The notes under the pieces are model-generated. The model was not told the DNA's origin, did not search any database, and was given only the letters and a program-made list of their open reading frames with translations. A program made the position numbers and the translations under genes. This document shows, piece after piece, positions 11,949-24,355 of a DNA stretch of 64,000 bases. Numbering within the stretch: position 1 is the stretch's first letter; each line of letters starts with the position of its first letter. The stretch covers positions 3,778,587 through 3,842,586 of the forward strand of contig CM120648.1 in NCBI GenBank assembly GCA_051362555.1, read 5' to 3'. This DNA comes from Lingula anatina (taxonomy: Eukaryota > Animalia > Brachiopoda).

Positions 11949-14900
11949 ATGAGTGAGACAGCAAGAAAGGGTCCCCCGGCGGCTGCATCGTTTGGGGCGC
12001 GGTCTCCGTTCAAAAACATTGGCAAGGTAGAGGAGCATAATGACTTTTTACATTGCCCTATATGCTTGGAGGAGTTTTTCAACCCAAAAGCCTTGCCTTG
12101 CCTACACACCTTCTGTTTGCAATGCCTGGAAAAACATGTGTACGGAGCTTCTTATAAACACGAAGCCGCAGCAGAAAATATCGGCCCCAGTGCCGGGAAT
12201 GTCAATCCAGTGGCCGCTACGCAGAGTTACCCCCTGGGAAATATACCTTCACTAGCCGCGCAAGCCAATTTATCCACCCAGGCACCAACGATTCCGCCGG
12301 CATTTTCGCTTCCACAGAATCTCCCGGTAACGTGGTCAACACAGACTCCACAGGCACAGGAGACGGCAACGCTGCAGGCACAGGCGCAACTTGCGGCTTC
12401 TTTGAACTTGAATGGACCAGCGTCTATGTTAAATCCACAGGCTCAAATGCTAGCGGCATCAAATATGCAGGCACCAGCTCACAACCCTTTCAACCAGCAA
12501 ACTGGTGGTCAATTTCAAATTCCGACTCAGTCCAGATCGATACAACAGTTTCCGCCAACACAACCGATACCCCCACTGATGCCACAACCACGAAACCCTC
12601 AACGAAACCAGAGAAACCAACAGCAGCAGCAGCAGCAGCAACAACAACAACAACAACAACAGCACAACCAACAAAGCGCCAAATACCCCAAATTTCCGAA
12701 GTCGTTTAAATGTCCGACATGTCGCAAGGATACAAAAGTGCCTGTGAACGGACTCGACAAATTGCCAGATAACTTTTTACTCCATAAATTTGTTGATGCT
12801 CTAAGGGTAGTGGAGCAGAAAACTCAGTGGAAGTGTTGTGTCTGTAAATATTTAGGTAGGTATATGGCTGTTATATGTATCAAAACCAGTCATCACGAAA
12901 CATGTTAAATGCAATGACAGCAATGACGAACATTGGTTGATATTACTATTCAAATGATCTTTTAAAAATTGTAAATTATTTGATTTTAAAAATTTGAATA
13001 TATTTTTTCTTTTTTTCATAGGCGAAAGCATAGACGCAACCCATTACTGTGAAAATTGCTCTCGTCTACTGTGCGAGAACTGCGTTGCCGCGCACAAGAA
13101 AATAGGCGACGCCGGCGAGGGCGCTCACCATCTCCTGTATCTCTCAAATAAACGCCCTGGCGATAAAAACGCGGATCAAACCGCAGAAGGCGAGAATGTA
13201 TGCAGCGCTCATGAGAACGAAGGCCTTCTCTACTACTGCTCTGACTGCGACGCCCTTGCTTGCATGGTCTGCGTGTTGCATTGTCACACGGGTTGCAATG
13301 TGTACCACGTAAGCGTCGCTCGCGACGAAGAAGAAAAGAAACTAGACCAACTGGCAGAAAATGCCCACATCATTCGAGTTTACACGGAGAAGGAGTTGCA
13401 GAGCACTAAGAAGAAGATTGACGAACTGCGAATGGAGGAGAGAAAGATAATGGAGCACTTGGAACACTGGCAGGGAAAGTTGGAAGAAACGACGGCGGAT
13501 TTAAAGAGTGTGGAGGTTTCTCATGTGTGCCTTGGTGAGTTATTGTTGTTTTGTCATGCCTTTTTTGTTTAAAATTTATACAAATTAATTTATCTCAGGC
13601 ATTTTTTTTCGTCATATGTTTTTACTGCTTCCAAAACCCAACAAGCTTGTAATATCTTTGATGAAAATTTAATGAAAGAGTTATTTATAGACGATAGACG
13701 ATCATTAATTTTTATATGGATTTAAAAAGACATAGTTTAATATAAGTACAATGTGGACTTTTATATGTCTTGTGATTAAGATGAAGATATAAAATAATTG
13801 GTAGCACAAAAAGAAAACCTTAAATTATTTTTCTTCATGATTTTAATTTCTGCAGAGAACGAATTTTCGGAAATCGTGACCACGCTGGACGGAGTGGCCA
13901 TAAAGGAGATTACAGACAAAATGGAGTTTTTAAGCAACTTGAGAGACGTGAAAAGAAATCTAGCCAAGTTCTCTGTCATACCATCGGTGATAATGGAAGC
14001 AATCAAAATCGAAAGTGATCTGGCTGAAAAAGAAACTGCCTCAGCAGCAAGCATGCTCGATACGATTCCTGAAGAGGATGAGGAAGCCAATATCTCCGAA
14101 TTCGACAATGATTCCAAGATGGCAGGTGCTACGCCTTCAAGAGCCGCTGAGCAGAATACAAACAACAACAGTGCTGAAAACAGGCGCAGCTTAAACTCAT
14201 CTGGACACTGTCCACTTCAGTATGATGTGCATGTCGCAGCAGAACCCGAGTCAAGTGATCAAGACAAGGCTGGAAGAACGACGCACGCGCAAGAACATTT
14301 TCAAGCACAGACAGAGCCATTGGTCGGTGCAGTAGGGGGAAAAGTTTGTCACCATGCTACGGAGAGCGAAAATGACATCTTCCTATCAGTATTCGAACAG
14401 GGCGCGGAAAATAAAACCAATAACATACAGAATTTTTCTTTAGCTGGTGAATTCCTTTATGAAAAAGTGATTCAAAAGACTGAGGAGAACCGCGGGGTCG
14501 GAGAACTTTCTCTGGAAACGCAAGAATTGGTAGGGGCCGAAGGTGGAATTGCGGAATCTCACGGTCAAGAAAACGAAAGAGAAAGTTGCACGACACAGAG
14601 AGTGAAAGTAAAACGTAAGCGCAGGAACAACAATGTGGATGAAAAGGAGAATGGCAATTCTGCATCAAATTTGACTCTTCAGTCGTCTGGAGAACAAAGT
14701 CACCATGGCAACATGAATAACGCGGGAGATCGCACCCACTCTGAAAGAGAGCGGAGCTTGGCATCTGGAGGAACAGACGTCAGTCGCGCCGATGCACAGT
14801 TACTGTCTACTACGGGCCAGGTGAACTCATTGCGAGAGGCATCAGGTGGAGCTTCTCTTCAAGAGGCTGCCACAAACGAAAGCGAAAGTGTACCTTCTCA

Positions 14901-15282
14901 AAAGAACAACGGGCAGAACGGACACAGTAGCAGCGGCAATAACAATACTTTAGCGCCTGCCTCTGGTGAATCAACATGCACGGGACGGGGTTCAAATGAC
15001 AGCCATAATGTCCCAGTCGGTGAGACACGCCCACGGCGACAGCAACAGAATCAGAATAACGCGGGGGGTCCAGCGCATGCGCAGGGCCGAGCGCGCAGGG
15101 GCCGAGGCTTCAGCTACCACTGCGACATCCGCGCCGAGTCTATACGTTTGCGGGAGATGCAGCAGGCAAAAGCGGCACGGGAAGCAAAGGAAGCGAGGAG
15201 AATGCCATACCATCATGACATTGAAAACGAAAACAGAAGCGACAGCAATAACTGGCTTGTTCACTGGACAAGAAGGTTTTAG
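11949..15282 (+). CDS. TRIM/RBCC family RING E3 ubiquitin ligase (RING, B-box1, B-box2, coiled coil, long disordered tail; 948 aa)
   Basis: Exons 11949-12855, 13022-13534 and 13856-15282 (phase 1, GT-AG). RING C3HC4: CPIC...CLHTFCLQC...CPTC followed by LPDNFLL. B-box1: CCVC...CENCSRLLCENCVAAH...H. B-box2: CSAH...YYCSDCDALACMVC...H. A heptad-rich segment follows. Confidence 0.88.
12617..12673 (+). repeat. CAG/CAA polyglutamine tract within the TRIM RING insert
   Basis: caacagcagcagcagcagcagcaacaacaacaa... encodes QQQQQQQQQQQQQQQHNQQ. Confidence 0.9.
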
Positions 15283-16172
15283 ACCTTGGTCAATTTGGGA
15301 TGGGAAATAAAAATGACAGAGCTATACCAGATGCCTGATCACTGCCAGGGATAATACACTACCTGGATAATAAACCTGGTTGAATCGTTATAGATAAATC
15401 AGGAAAACGAATGACTATATAAGAAAAGTTTAATTTATGCCGAACTTCACACGTTAAAATTTTGTATCTTACATTAATTTGCAAATTTTTTAACTCTTTA
15501 TAGTCTGTAATGAAAACAATATTTTATCATTTTTCTTTGCTTTGATATTTTGGTACTCAATATTCTATAGGTGGACTACAATTCTGTCACACCGATCAAT
15601 TTTATTGTGATACTTGCGTTTTGATAGTGTCTATATACCTTTGGATGTAGCGGGGCTGCTTTTTCTCTCTTTTTTTTCAAAAATTTAAGCTCCTTCATAA
15701 CTGTTTAAAGGAGGCGTTAGTATATGTATATACATGTTTACACATGCCCAACATATGCAGTTTTTCAATATTCATTCAAATAAAAACAATCATTATCTTG
15801 GAATCGTCTTCACAATTACTGGCACATTGACTGCCGTACATCCACTTCTGATTAGTATAATACCTACCCTTTATCGCTTTAATTTAGTTTTAATGAATAT
15901 TACACTTCATCTTAAGTTAATAGCAGCACTGCGTTTTTGATATGATCTGAGAATTTTGTAATTGTTTCGTAATTGTTACTCGTGCGACTGCAATACCTTC
16001 TCCCAGTTATTTTAAAAACATTTTGTTCTGTCTCTCTCTCTCTCTCTCTCTCTCTTTCGTATAAATACTGCAACATTTGCCCTCCTGTTTGCTTTTGTGG
16101 CGTGTCTGTTCATTTAACTATAAGCCCTCTAAATAATATTATATCTAAGCGTGAATATGGCCGAAAAGATCC

Positions 16173-16287
16173 GATTGGTCTCAAAACAAAAGGTACAAAA
16201 ACTTTTATCCAATCAGATACCCGTTTACAATATCTCCACGCCCCATGACCTACCCTTGACCTAATTTTTACATTGACGACGTATAAG
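16173..16287 (+). promoter_or_regulatory. AGXT proximal promoter: CCAAT boxes, GC/CACC box, perfect DR5 nuclear-receptor element, TATA box
   Basis: gattgg ~16173, ccaatc ~16209, ccacgcccc ~16236, TGACCT-acccT-TGACCT 16246-16262, TATAAG 16282-16287. Confidence 0.55.
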
Positions 16288-16303
16288 TAGGTCGCGCAGT
16301 GCA

Positions 16304-19300
16304 ATGAGGATTTTCTACAGACTGTGCAAGATGTCGAGCCTTATGCCTCCGCCGCAATCGCTCTTAAAGCCCATGAACTTCCCCAGGAAGTCGCTGTACG
16401 GGCCTGGGCCGTCAAACTGTCCCCCAAGAGTGCTAGCAGCGTGTGCTTTGCCTCTTTTGGGCCACTGTCATCCCGAATTTTTTCAAGTAAGTCGGTGAAT
16501 AGAAATTAGATAATGTGTAGGCTATCGGATGGCAGAATGATTGGGGTCGGAATGATTGTACTAGAAGGTCAGCCAACCGGTTCAGCGCCTGCCGCCGTTC
16601 TTGTTGTTGACACGTTGATAAATAATCGGATCATTCAGAATGCGACGGTTTGCGTGTTATGGGGGTATGTAACATATTGTACAGGTTGATCTATGCTGCG
16701 GCAAGTTAACTGTGTTAAACAATTCTGTTACATTGTTCATTGTGTTATCTGCATGGCTGGGTTGTCAACTTGCTCGGTGAATGAAATAAAAAATAAACCA
16801 CACTAGCCCACAGTAATAAAATATTAATAATAATAATAATAATAACAATAACAGTAATAAAATGATCAAAACAGGTTTAAAATTTGTTATGAAGTATTTA
16901 TTTGATTTTGATCATTTTTATATATTTTTCCTTTTTTTCGTTATCGTAGACTATAGTGTGGCAAATAATTAGAAGTTTTTCAGTGTATTTTTTCTATTAT
17001 TATTCATTTACGGATCATGATGACAGAGAAGCATTAATCATATCAATGAGACACATCATTAATTGGCACTGTCAGTAGTGGTGCCTGTTCCAGATATTCA
17101 TGATGGGACACTTTTTCACTGCCACATATATACTGTAACTAGCTGCAACTTAATTATTTTTCTTAATTTATTTATTTGGAATCAAGTGTGCCCAAAGAGT
17201 ATATATAAGACTTTGTCCCGTATACCAAAGCAAAGCAAGAGGAAGTTTAAAATAAAATTGTCTTTTCTCTCATATTTTTTCCACTGCTGATCTCACCCTG
17301 TGTGAAGCACAGCACTGTTAATTTCATATGTATATTTATTGTTAAATTCACCATAGCGTTTTGTGTATTTAAAAAGACTTGGTGTACATGTGTCTGATTT
17401 TTTTATTGTTTGTTTTACAGATAATGGATGAAATAAAAGAAGGGGTGCAGTATGCATTTCAAACACAAAATGAGCTAACTTTGGCCATTTCAGGGACAGG
17501 TAAAGTAAAGCCCGTTACAAGTGTGATAGTGAAGTGTCCATAGTTTTCATTAAAGCTATGACAATTTAAAAGTCTCGAGGTCTAAAACCCTCTGCCCCCC
17601 CTCCCCCCCCCCCCAAAAAAAAAGAAAATAAATAAATAAATAAATAAATAAAAAATAATGAAGAAAAAGTTTTTTCCATAAAAATTGATCTGTAAGAAAT
17701 AAAGCATTGAAATATCTAGCTGCATCGGATTTTGTTGTAGTTTGATAGACCATGAAATATCTTTGGTATCAGTCTCTTACCTAATTTTTTGATTGTCAGG
17801 TCACGCTGGAATGGAGGCGGCAGTCTGCAACATGGTCGAACCCAAAGATGTGGTGGTGGTGTTTTCGGCTGGTCTTTGGGGAGAAAGATTCGCCGACATG
17901 GCAGAGAGACACGGTAAGAAACAGATGAGCTTGAAGCAAAAGAGTCCCTGCAAGGTAAAATTCCAAAGGAAAACATTCAACATAGCCCAAAGCCTCCTGG
18001 TTTCTTGTGATATGAAGTGGGATTTTGGGCAGTTTATATATTATTAGAAAAAAGAGTTATCAGATTTAAGAAAGGCTAGCAAGTGTGGTTTGTCAGTGAT
18101 TAAAACCTGTAAGGGCTTATCCATGGATATTTTTCTGTAACAGTACAAATGAACAGTACAAATTAATTTTGTGTAGAGTGTCACATTTGTATGGACTTCC
18201 AATACAGTATTCTTGGTTCTTAAAATTTAACCCCAATTGCAAAAAAATTAACACCAATATCCTCATGCAAATTCCAGCACGTTTTCTTGTCTTGCATGAC
18301 ACCAAGCCGACAGTCTCTTTTTTTCCATCTGTCTCTCTGATATTCAATTTGAATGGATTTGCGTCTCAACAGTGATATATACTAATATATAGGCTGCGTG
18401 TTGGTAGTGAATTATAGAATTTTAGCAACATGTGGCATCGGTGAAAGATTTGAGTAACATCTGCTAATATTGATACAAGTCATGGCCTGGTCCTTGTTAG
18501 ATTCAATGTTTTATCGGTATTATCATTTTCAGCAATTTATCAGGGGAATAGCCTTAGTTCAAATTCTTACCAAATACAAAGATATAATTTTTTTTTCTTT
18601 TTTCAATTTTTTAAATCAATTTATTTTTCAGATGCTGATGTCCGGGTCGTAGAAAAGCCAATGGGGGCAGTGTTCACATTAGATGATGTTAAACAGGTAC
18701 AGTTGGCTCACTAATACCCCCTTTACACTGGACGGCGTCCTTTCTGCGTCCTTTCTGCGACCATGAAATTTGGCATCGCTGTGGTCTTAATAAGGAGGCA
18801 CGAGCATTGATTTGGTATCAGAATGAATGCTCAATGATCAGCCAGTTGTCGGCACGTAAAGTATTATAATTCTTTAACTCTCAAATGGGGCCGAACTGCT
18901 GGACGCAGAAGGGACGCCGTCCAGTGTAAAGGGGGCTTTACCAGAATACCAGCGTGAAGAGGTCATTTGTCATTGCCTGAACATGGAGCTTTTTCACCAG
19001 CATTGTTCAGAGAGTTATTTACCTCATGATCTTACATTTTACTTGTTCTTACTTTAATTTTTAAACAGTTATATTATTGTATATGATTCAATTTTTATGA
19101 TAAAGGATCAATTGTTTTGCGTTTTTTCATTTAAATGTATTAAAATCATCTAATTTCTAATCTTTCTGTAACTTTTACCACAGCATATCTGTTTAATATC
19201 ATGTTGTAAAGTCTGCTGAACATTTTATAGGTTTTAGACTCAGAATAAGTATTATTATCACTTTTATTATTATATTATAATAATAAATCTAGAGAAGAAC

Positions 19301-22091
19301 TTATGTGAGTCACATACGTGTCCTTTATGTGACTCACATAAGTCTCATTTGAATGCTTGTCACTGTACTACTACTACTACTACTACTGTAACATCTATTT
19401 TCAGGCCTTGGACCATCACAAGCCGTCGGTGGCATTCATAGCTCACAGTGAGTCATCCTCTACTGTGATGCAGCCCTTGGAAGGGATAGGAGACCTGTGC
19501 AAGAGGTATTGGTGACAGGGATGGATCTGGAAGTGGGGAATCTTTTTTTTTTTTTTTTTTTTTTTTTTTGTTCAGTTAAACTGTTTTGTCACACCAGCTC
19601 TTGAGTTAAAGACTGAACTAAGACTGAAAGGGGACTGAATGTTTTTTTTTCTCCTTTTTTGCACGCCTCCTCGTTCAACAAATGGTACATTTGTGATTGT
19701 TATTACCCTTTTCTTCAGCTGCAGCTACATCAAATTCATGTTTTAGGAACAGATATATCTAATAAATATTATTAATATTGTTAAATAAGGAACATAGGGG
19801 TTTTAGGAGTAATTTCTTTTTTTTTTACTTATTATATAATAAGTTCAAGGTTCATACATCTTCATTCTTTGTAGAATTTATTTATAATTGTAATTATTTT
19901 TTTTGGATTTTTTTCTAGTCACAATTGTATCCTGATAGTGGACTGTGTGGCATCACTGGGCGGTGCTCCAATGTTCATGGATCAGTGGAGTGAGTGCTAA
20001 ATCTAACCATTTTGGATATTTTTTTGTCTTGATTATTTATTTATTTGTTTTGTAGATAGTCATTTGTAAGAAAAAAAAAGTTCTTATGTTTGTAAGGCTA
20101 GATTTACATAAAGAGTTCTACAGGTCTGTACAACACCTTGATTTACGCAATAGTTCCCTTTTACTGACAAACCAACTGGATATCAACTCTGTTTGTAAGT
20201 GTAAGTGTACTAATTGATACGTGAATCTAGAACTACCTGTTTATTCTCTCATATTGCAAGAAGGTACAAAATGAGTTCATTGCATTTTCTTATGAACTAA
20301 GCTAATATGAAACTGACACTATTTCAATTTACCTATCAAAAGTAGGAAAATTATTTTAATTATTTTCCAGATATTGATGTCTTATATAGTGGGTCACAAA
20401 AGGTTCTCAGTTGCCCACCAGGGGCAGCACCTATCTCACTCAACCAGAGAGCCAGGTAGTGTTAGAGCGCATTCTCAACGAATTAAGCCAGGCTTTACAA
20501 AGCCGGTGACCTAAAAATGGCGGACGTACATGAAAGAAAAACCGCCTAATCTTTTAATAGTCTCTCCGCCTCTCACACGCCTCCCCACACGTCGTCCCTG
20601 CGGGGTACAGTAATTAAATCTCGGCTCCGAACATAAATATATCCGTGAATATCTCTGGTGATATTATCTCCGTAGATAGTCGATTCATTGCTGCTCTACG
20701 GGCCAAATTATTCCTTTTTCATCTCTGTTTTCAAAGATAATAGAACAGAAGAGCTTTTTTCCTTCGATCGCCTTCAGCCGCCATGCTTTCTTCACCACGA
20801 GTTTAACTGATGAGCATGCGCACTTAATATTTCTCGGGTAGCTTCCGCATGGCGAACGGAGACGCGATTTAATTACTGTACCCCGCAGGGACGACGTGTG
20901 AGGAGGCGGAGAGACTATTAAAAGATTAGGCGGTTTTTCTTTCATGTACGTCCGCCATTTTTAGGTCACCGGCTTTGTAAAGCCTGGCTTAATTCGTTGA
21001 GAATGCGCTCTTACAGTAGTTAATGCCCACCAGCGGCAGCACCTATCTCACTGAGTCAGAAAGCTTGATAGTGTAATTTATGCCCACCAGGAGAAGCACC
21101 TATCACATTCAATTAGAGAGAGTGGTAGTGTAGTTTATGTCCAAAAGGGGCAGCACTTATCTCCCTTGATTAGAAAACAGGGTAGTGTATAGTTTATGCC
21201 TAGGAAGCAGCACACTAATATAACTTGATAAGCAGAGTTGAAATAAAATCTACAACTATTCAATGAACATCTGTACTATAATCTGTACAATAATCTCATT
21301 TTAACACATGAGGAGTACCTTCTCAGTATTTTTCTTGGGTTTTTGTCAGCTCTAACTAGTATACATGTAATTTTTTTTTTACGCGTACAGGGGAGATCAC
21401 AGATATTGTTCATTAAATCAGTGAAAAAAATTTGTAGACCCTCTCTCCTACTCCTCCAATGAGTTTCAAAGTTGAAACTCTGAAATACATAATTCCTGTT
21501 AGAATATATTCAAAGTTATTTGTTCACTTTGATGCCTGCAGATTTTATTTTTGCATCTTTTCTTTAAAATCAGTTGAGAGGGGAATTGGGTCAAATTAAT
21601 GAAAACAGCTGAAGGCAGGTAATTATTTTTTAATGCCTTTTTTTGCAGAATTTCCACATTGCATTTTCTAACTAGGGAAATGTTTTTACAGGAATAAATT
21701 GGCAGCAAGGAAGACAAAAGTCAGGTCATTTTATCTCGACATGAACTGGTTGGGGAATTATTGGGGCTGTGATGGTCAACCTAGAAAGTAAGTGTCCAGT
21801 TTTATGGTCAACTTGGAAATAAACGTCCAGTTTTATTGTAAGCCTAAAAAGTAAGTTAGGGGTCATCTGTCTTTATCGTCATTTCACAAGCCTACAAAAA
21901 GGAGTCTTTTTCCATACCCCCCTCCCTTTCCGACAGTACAAGGTGAAAGCTAGACATGATGACCTTTGGTGTACAGAGGGCAGTAACCACCACACACCCC
22001 AGGGTAAGGTTGGTAGACTCGTGAAAATGATGATAAAAATGGAATTTCCTGTTCCCTGCATATAACAGTATCCCCCCTCCCCCCCCCCCCC

Positions 22092-22134
<43 letters not shown>

Positions 22135-24355
22135 CAAAAACTGTAACAGTATTTTACCTTTTATTGTAGATATCACCACACAGGACCCATATCCTCAATG
22201 TACGCCTTGAGAGAAGGATTGTCCATGCTAGTCGAGGAGGTAAAAATATTCCAATTTTAGGAACTATAAGACAACTGGTACACTAGATTCAGTATAAAGG
22301 CTTGAAACCATGTTTATATTGGTTTTAAAAAATCGTTTTAGTGTGAAATTCAGGAAGTACAAGTGTCTATAAGGTTGGGTTCAAAAATTTTTTTTTTTTC
22401 ATGATGGAAATGTTTTGGTTAAAAGTGAAAGGATGAAAATCACTGAAAACCTCTTGATTATGTCTGTAAAATCTTAACAGTCTCTTGTTGCCACAAGATA
22501 ACGGTAAAAAATATCGACTGAAACTCAAAGCATGGTGGTAACAATTATTCAGTGTTATGGAACTGATTGTTTATCACATTCTAAAATTTTTTTTTTACCA
22601 TCGTTAAATTCATGTTACAATAAAGGGTGTCCTGAGCCAGCTAATAATTTGTTTAAGCCAGTGATATCAGTGTCACGACTATGGGCCTCAAAACCTGTAC
22701 CCCAAAGCAACTTCTGATCAGACAGCAGTATGGATTTACATTAACATAATTTAGCTCATTTAACTATTTTATGTAATTTTTAACCAGACTTTTATTTGTG
22801 GAAATTTTATTTTATCAACAGGTCATGGAGATTTTTATTTTACGATTTGTATAAGTATGACGAAGTTTAATTATCTATGATCTGTCGTTTGTTTTGGTAG
22901 GGTTTAGAGGAGTGTCAGGCAAGGCATCAGAAGTGCGCAAACATCTTGTATGAAGGCCTGGAAAAAATGGGACTGAAACCTTTTGTGAAAAACAAGGTAA
23001 TATAATACATGTTTTTTACAAGAATTAACTGAGTGTATTACAAATCTGAAACAAGAATTAAGCCATAATTTTTTGTGCATTGTGGATTGGTCCATGTTGT
23101 TATTGTTGTTGTTTCTTTGTCGGATGTTTGTTTTCATGATATGAGAGAGATTTTATGTTTTGGTAAGAAGTAAATTATTTTTATAGATTTTTTTTTTTGT
23201 TTGTTTGTTTGTTTTGTTTTTTCTTTATTATGAGGCATAATGTTTTGGCTCTGGATCAAAAGGACTGGATCGCATGCCAGATTGGATCTAACTATTTAAG
23301 AATTATACCTTTTTTACCATCATTGTACAGGAGACAGTTGAACATATTTCACCATAAATTATAACCTGTTTGCGTTTCATGTTTCAACTTTGCAATCTGT
23401 TACATGGCTACACCCAAGTCAGGTCTCCATATTACCAAGTGGTGAATAATTTATTGTTAAAGAAAATGTTATACCAGCATGATTTATAATGCATATGTTT
23501 ATTGAACACTGACTTTGTGCTTCGGTAACATTTACAGACTGTTTTCTACAGAAACTGTTTTATATTTATAACAGAGTTTTCTAGCATATAGGGTTATAAA
23601 CATTACAAATTAGTACACAAATAAGTGATGCGATATGGTGATAACTAATAACATTACAGTCTGCTCCCCCCCCCCCCCCCCAAAAAAAAAAAAGAATGGG
23701 CCTAAGAATCCATTGAACTAAAGTGCCAAAAAAGTGACCAGTTACTATAACAGAGGTTTTCAGGCCAGAGTTTTTTTTTACTGACATACCGTGCTCTGTT
23801 TGTTTACCCTAGCTAGTTGTTTGATATTGTTTCCAGGCCCACAGGCTCCCCACCCTAACTGCTGTGGAAGTACCAGATGGAATTGACTGGAAGAAAGTCT
23901 CGCAATACGCCATGGACAAGTATGGAAACATTTTCAAAATTAACTTTTTTCTTTTTTTTTTTAATTTTTTTGTCAATTTTCGTTCAAAACAATTGCTTAT
24001 CATGAGAAACATAAGGAAATGCAAAATGCACTCTATATGCCAAAAGGTTGTTATGCCTCAAACACAACTGTTACTGTATTTTATATAGGGTTTGACCCGA
24101 ATGCTGGTATCCATAAGTTTCCATGAGCAAGATAGAAACAGTCAGGATTTGGAACTAATACATCAATATAACCGTACAGATGTATTTTTCAGGTATAAGA
24201 TAGAGTTGGCTGGTGGTCTAGGGGCCTCGGCAGGAAAAGTGTGGCGACTTGGCTTTATGGGATACAATGCGCAGCCAGAGAATGTGCGAACTACTCTCCG
24301 TGTCCTGCAGGAGGGGATCGAATGGTACAGGAATAGTCCCCAGTCTAAGTTGTAG
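16304..24355 (+). CDS. AGXT: Alanine--glyoxylate / serine--pyruvate aminotransferase (class V PLP enzyme, 401 aa, 12 exons)
   Basis: Exons 16304-16486, 17421-17499, 17800-17913, 18632-18696, 19405-19505, 19919-19989, 20371-20455, 21692-21787, 22170-22239, 22901-22996, 23837-23919, 24193-24355 total 1206 nt in frame. Motifs: [42 protein letters not shown] (PLP lysine), [21 protein letters not shown], and C-terminal SKL (PTS1). Confidence 0.96.
18715..18937. mobile_element. MITE, PIF/Harbinger-like (copy 1; AGXT intron 4)
   Basis: TIRs ccccctttacactggacggcgtcc / ggacgccgtccagtgtaaaggggg with TAA/TTA flanks. A second copy lies at 51477-51687. Confidence 0.8.
20465..21010. mobile_element. MITE with long (~165 bp) TIRs and TTA target-site duplication, PIF/Harbinger-like
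   Basis: gagcgcattctcaacgaattaagccaggctttacaaagccggtgacc... is mirrored almost perfectly at the 3' end, with tta on both sides. Inserted about 9 bp after the AGXT exon 7 donor. Confidence 0.88.
21024..21216 (+). repeat. Three to four degenerate ~57-bp tandem copies of the 3' end of AGXT exon 7 and its donor region
   Basis: tgcccaccagcggcagcacctatctcactga..., tgcccaccaggagaagcacctatcacattcaa... and tgtccaaaaggggcagcacttatctccct... compare with exon sequence tgcccaccaggggcagcacctatctcactcaaccagagagccaggtagtg. Confidence 0.8.
21772..21857 (+). repeat. Three ~31-bp tandem copies spanning the AGXT exon 8 donor
   Basis: atggtcaacctagaaagtaagtgtccagtttt / atggtcaacttggaaataaacgtccagtttt / attgtaagcctaaaaagtaagt. 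Confidence 0.7.

Noticed and set aside
12332-15310. Alternative-frame and antisense ORFs inside the TRIM gene (likewise inside the GPCR and MFS exons)
   Set aside because: They are shadow ORFs of GC-richer coding exons with no independent motifs or splice signals.
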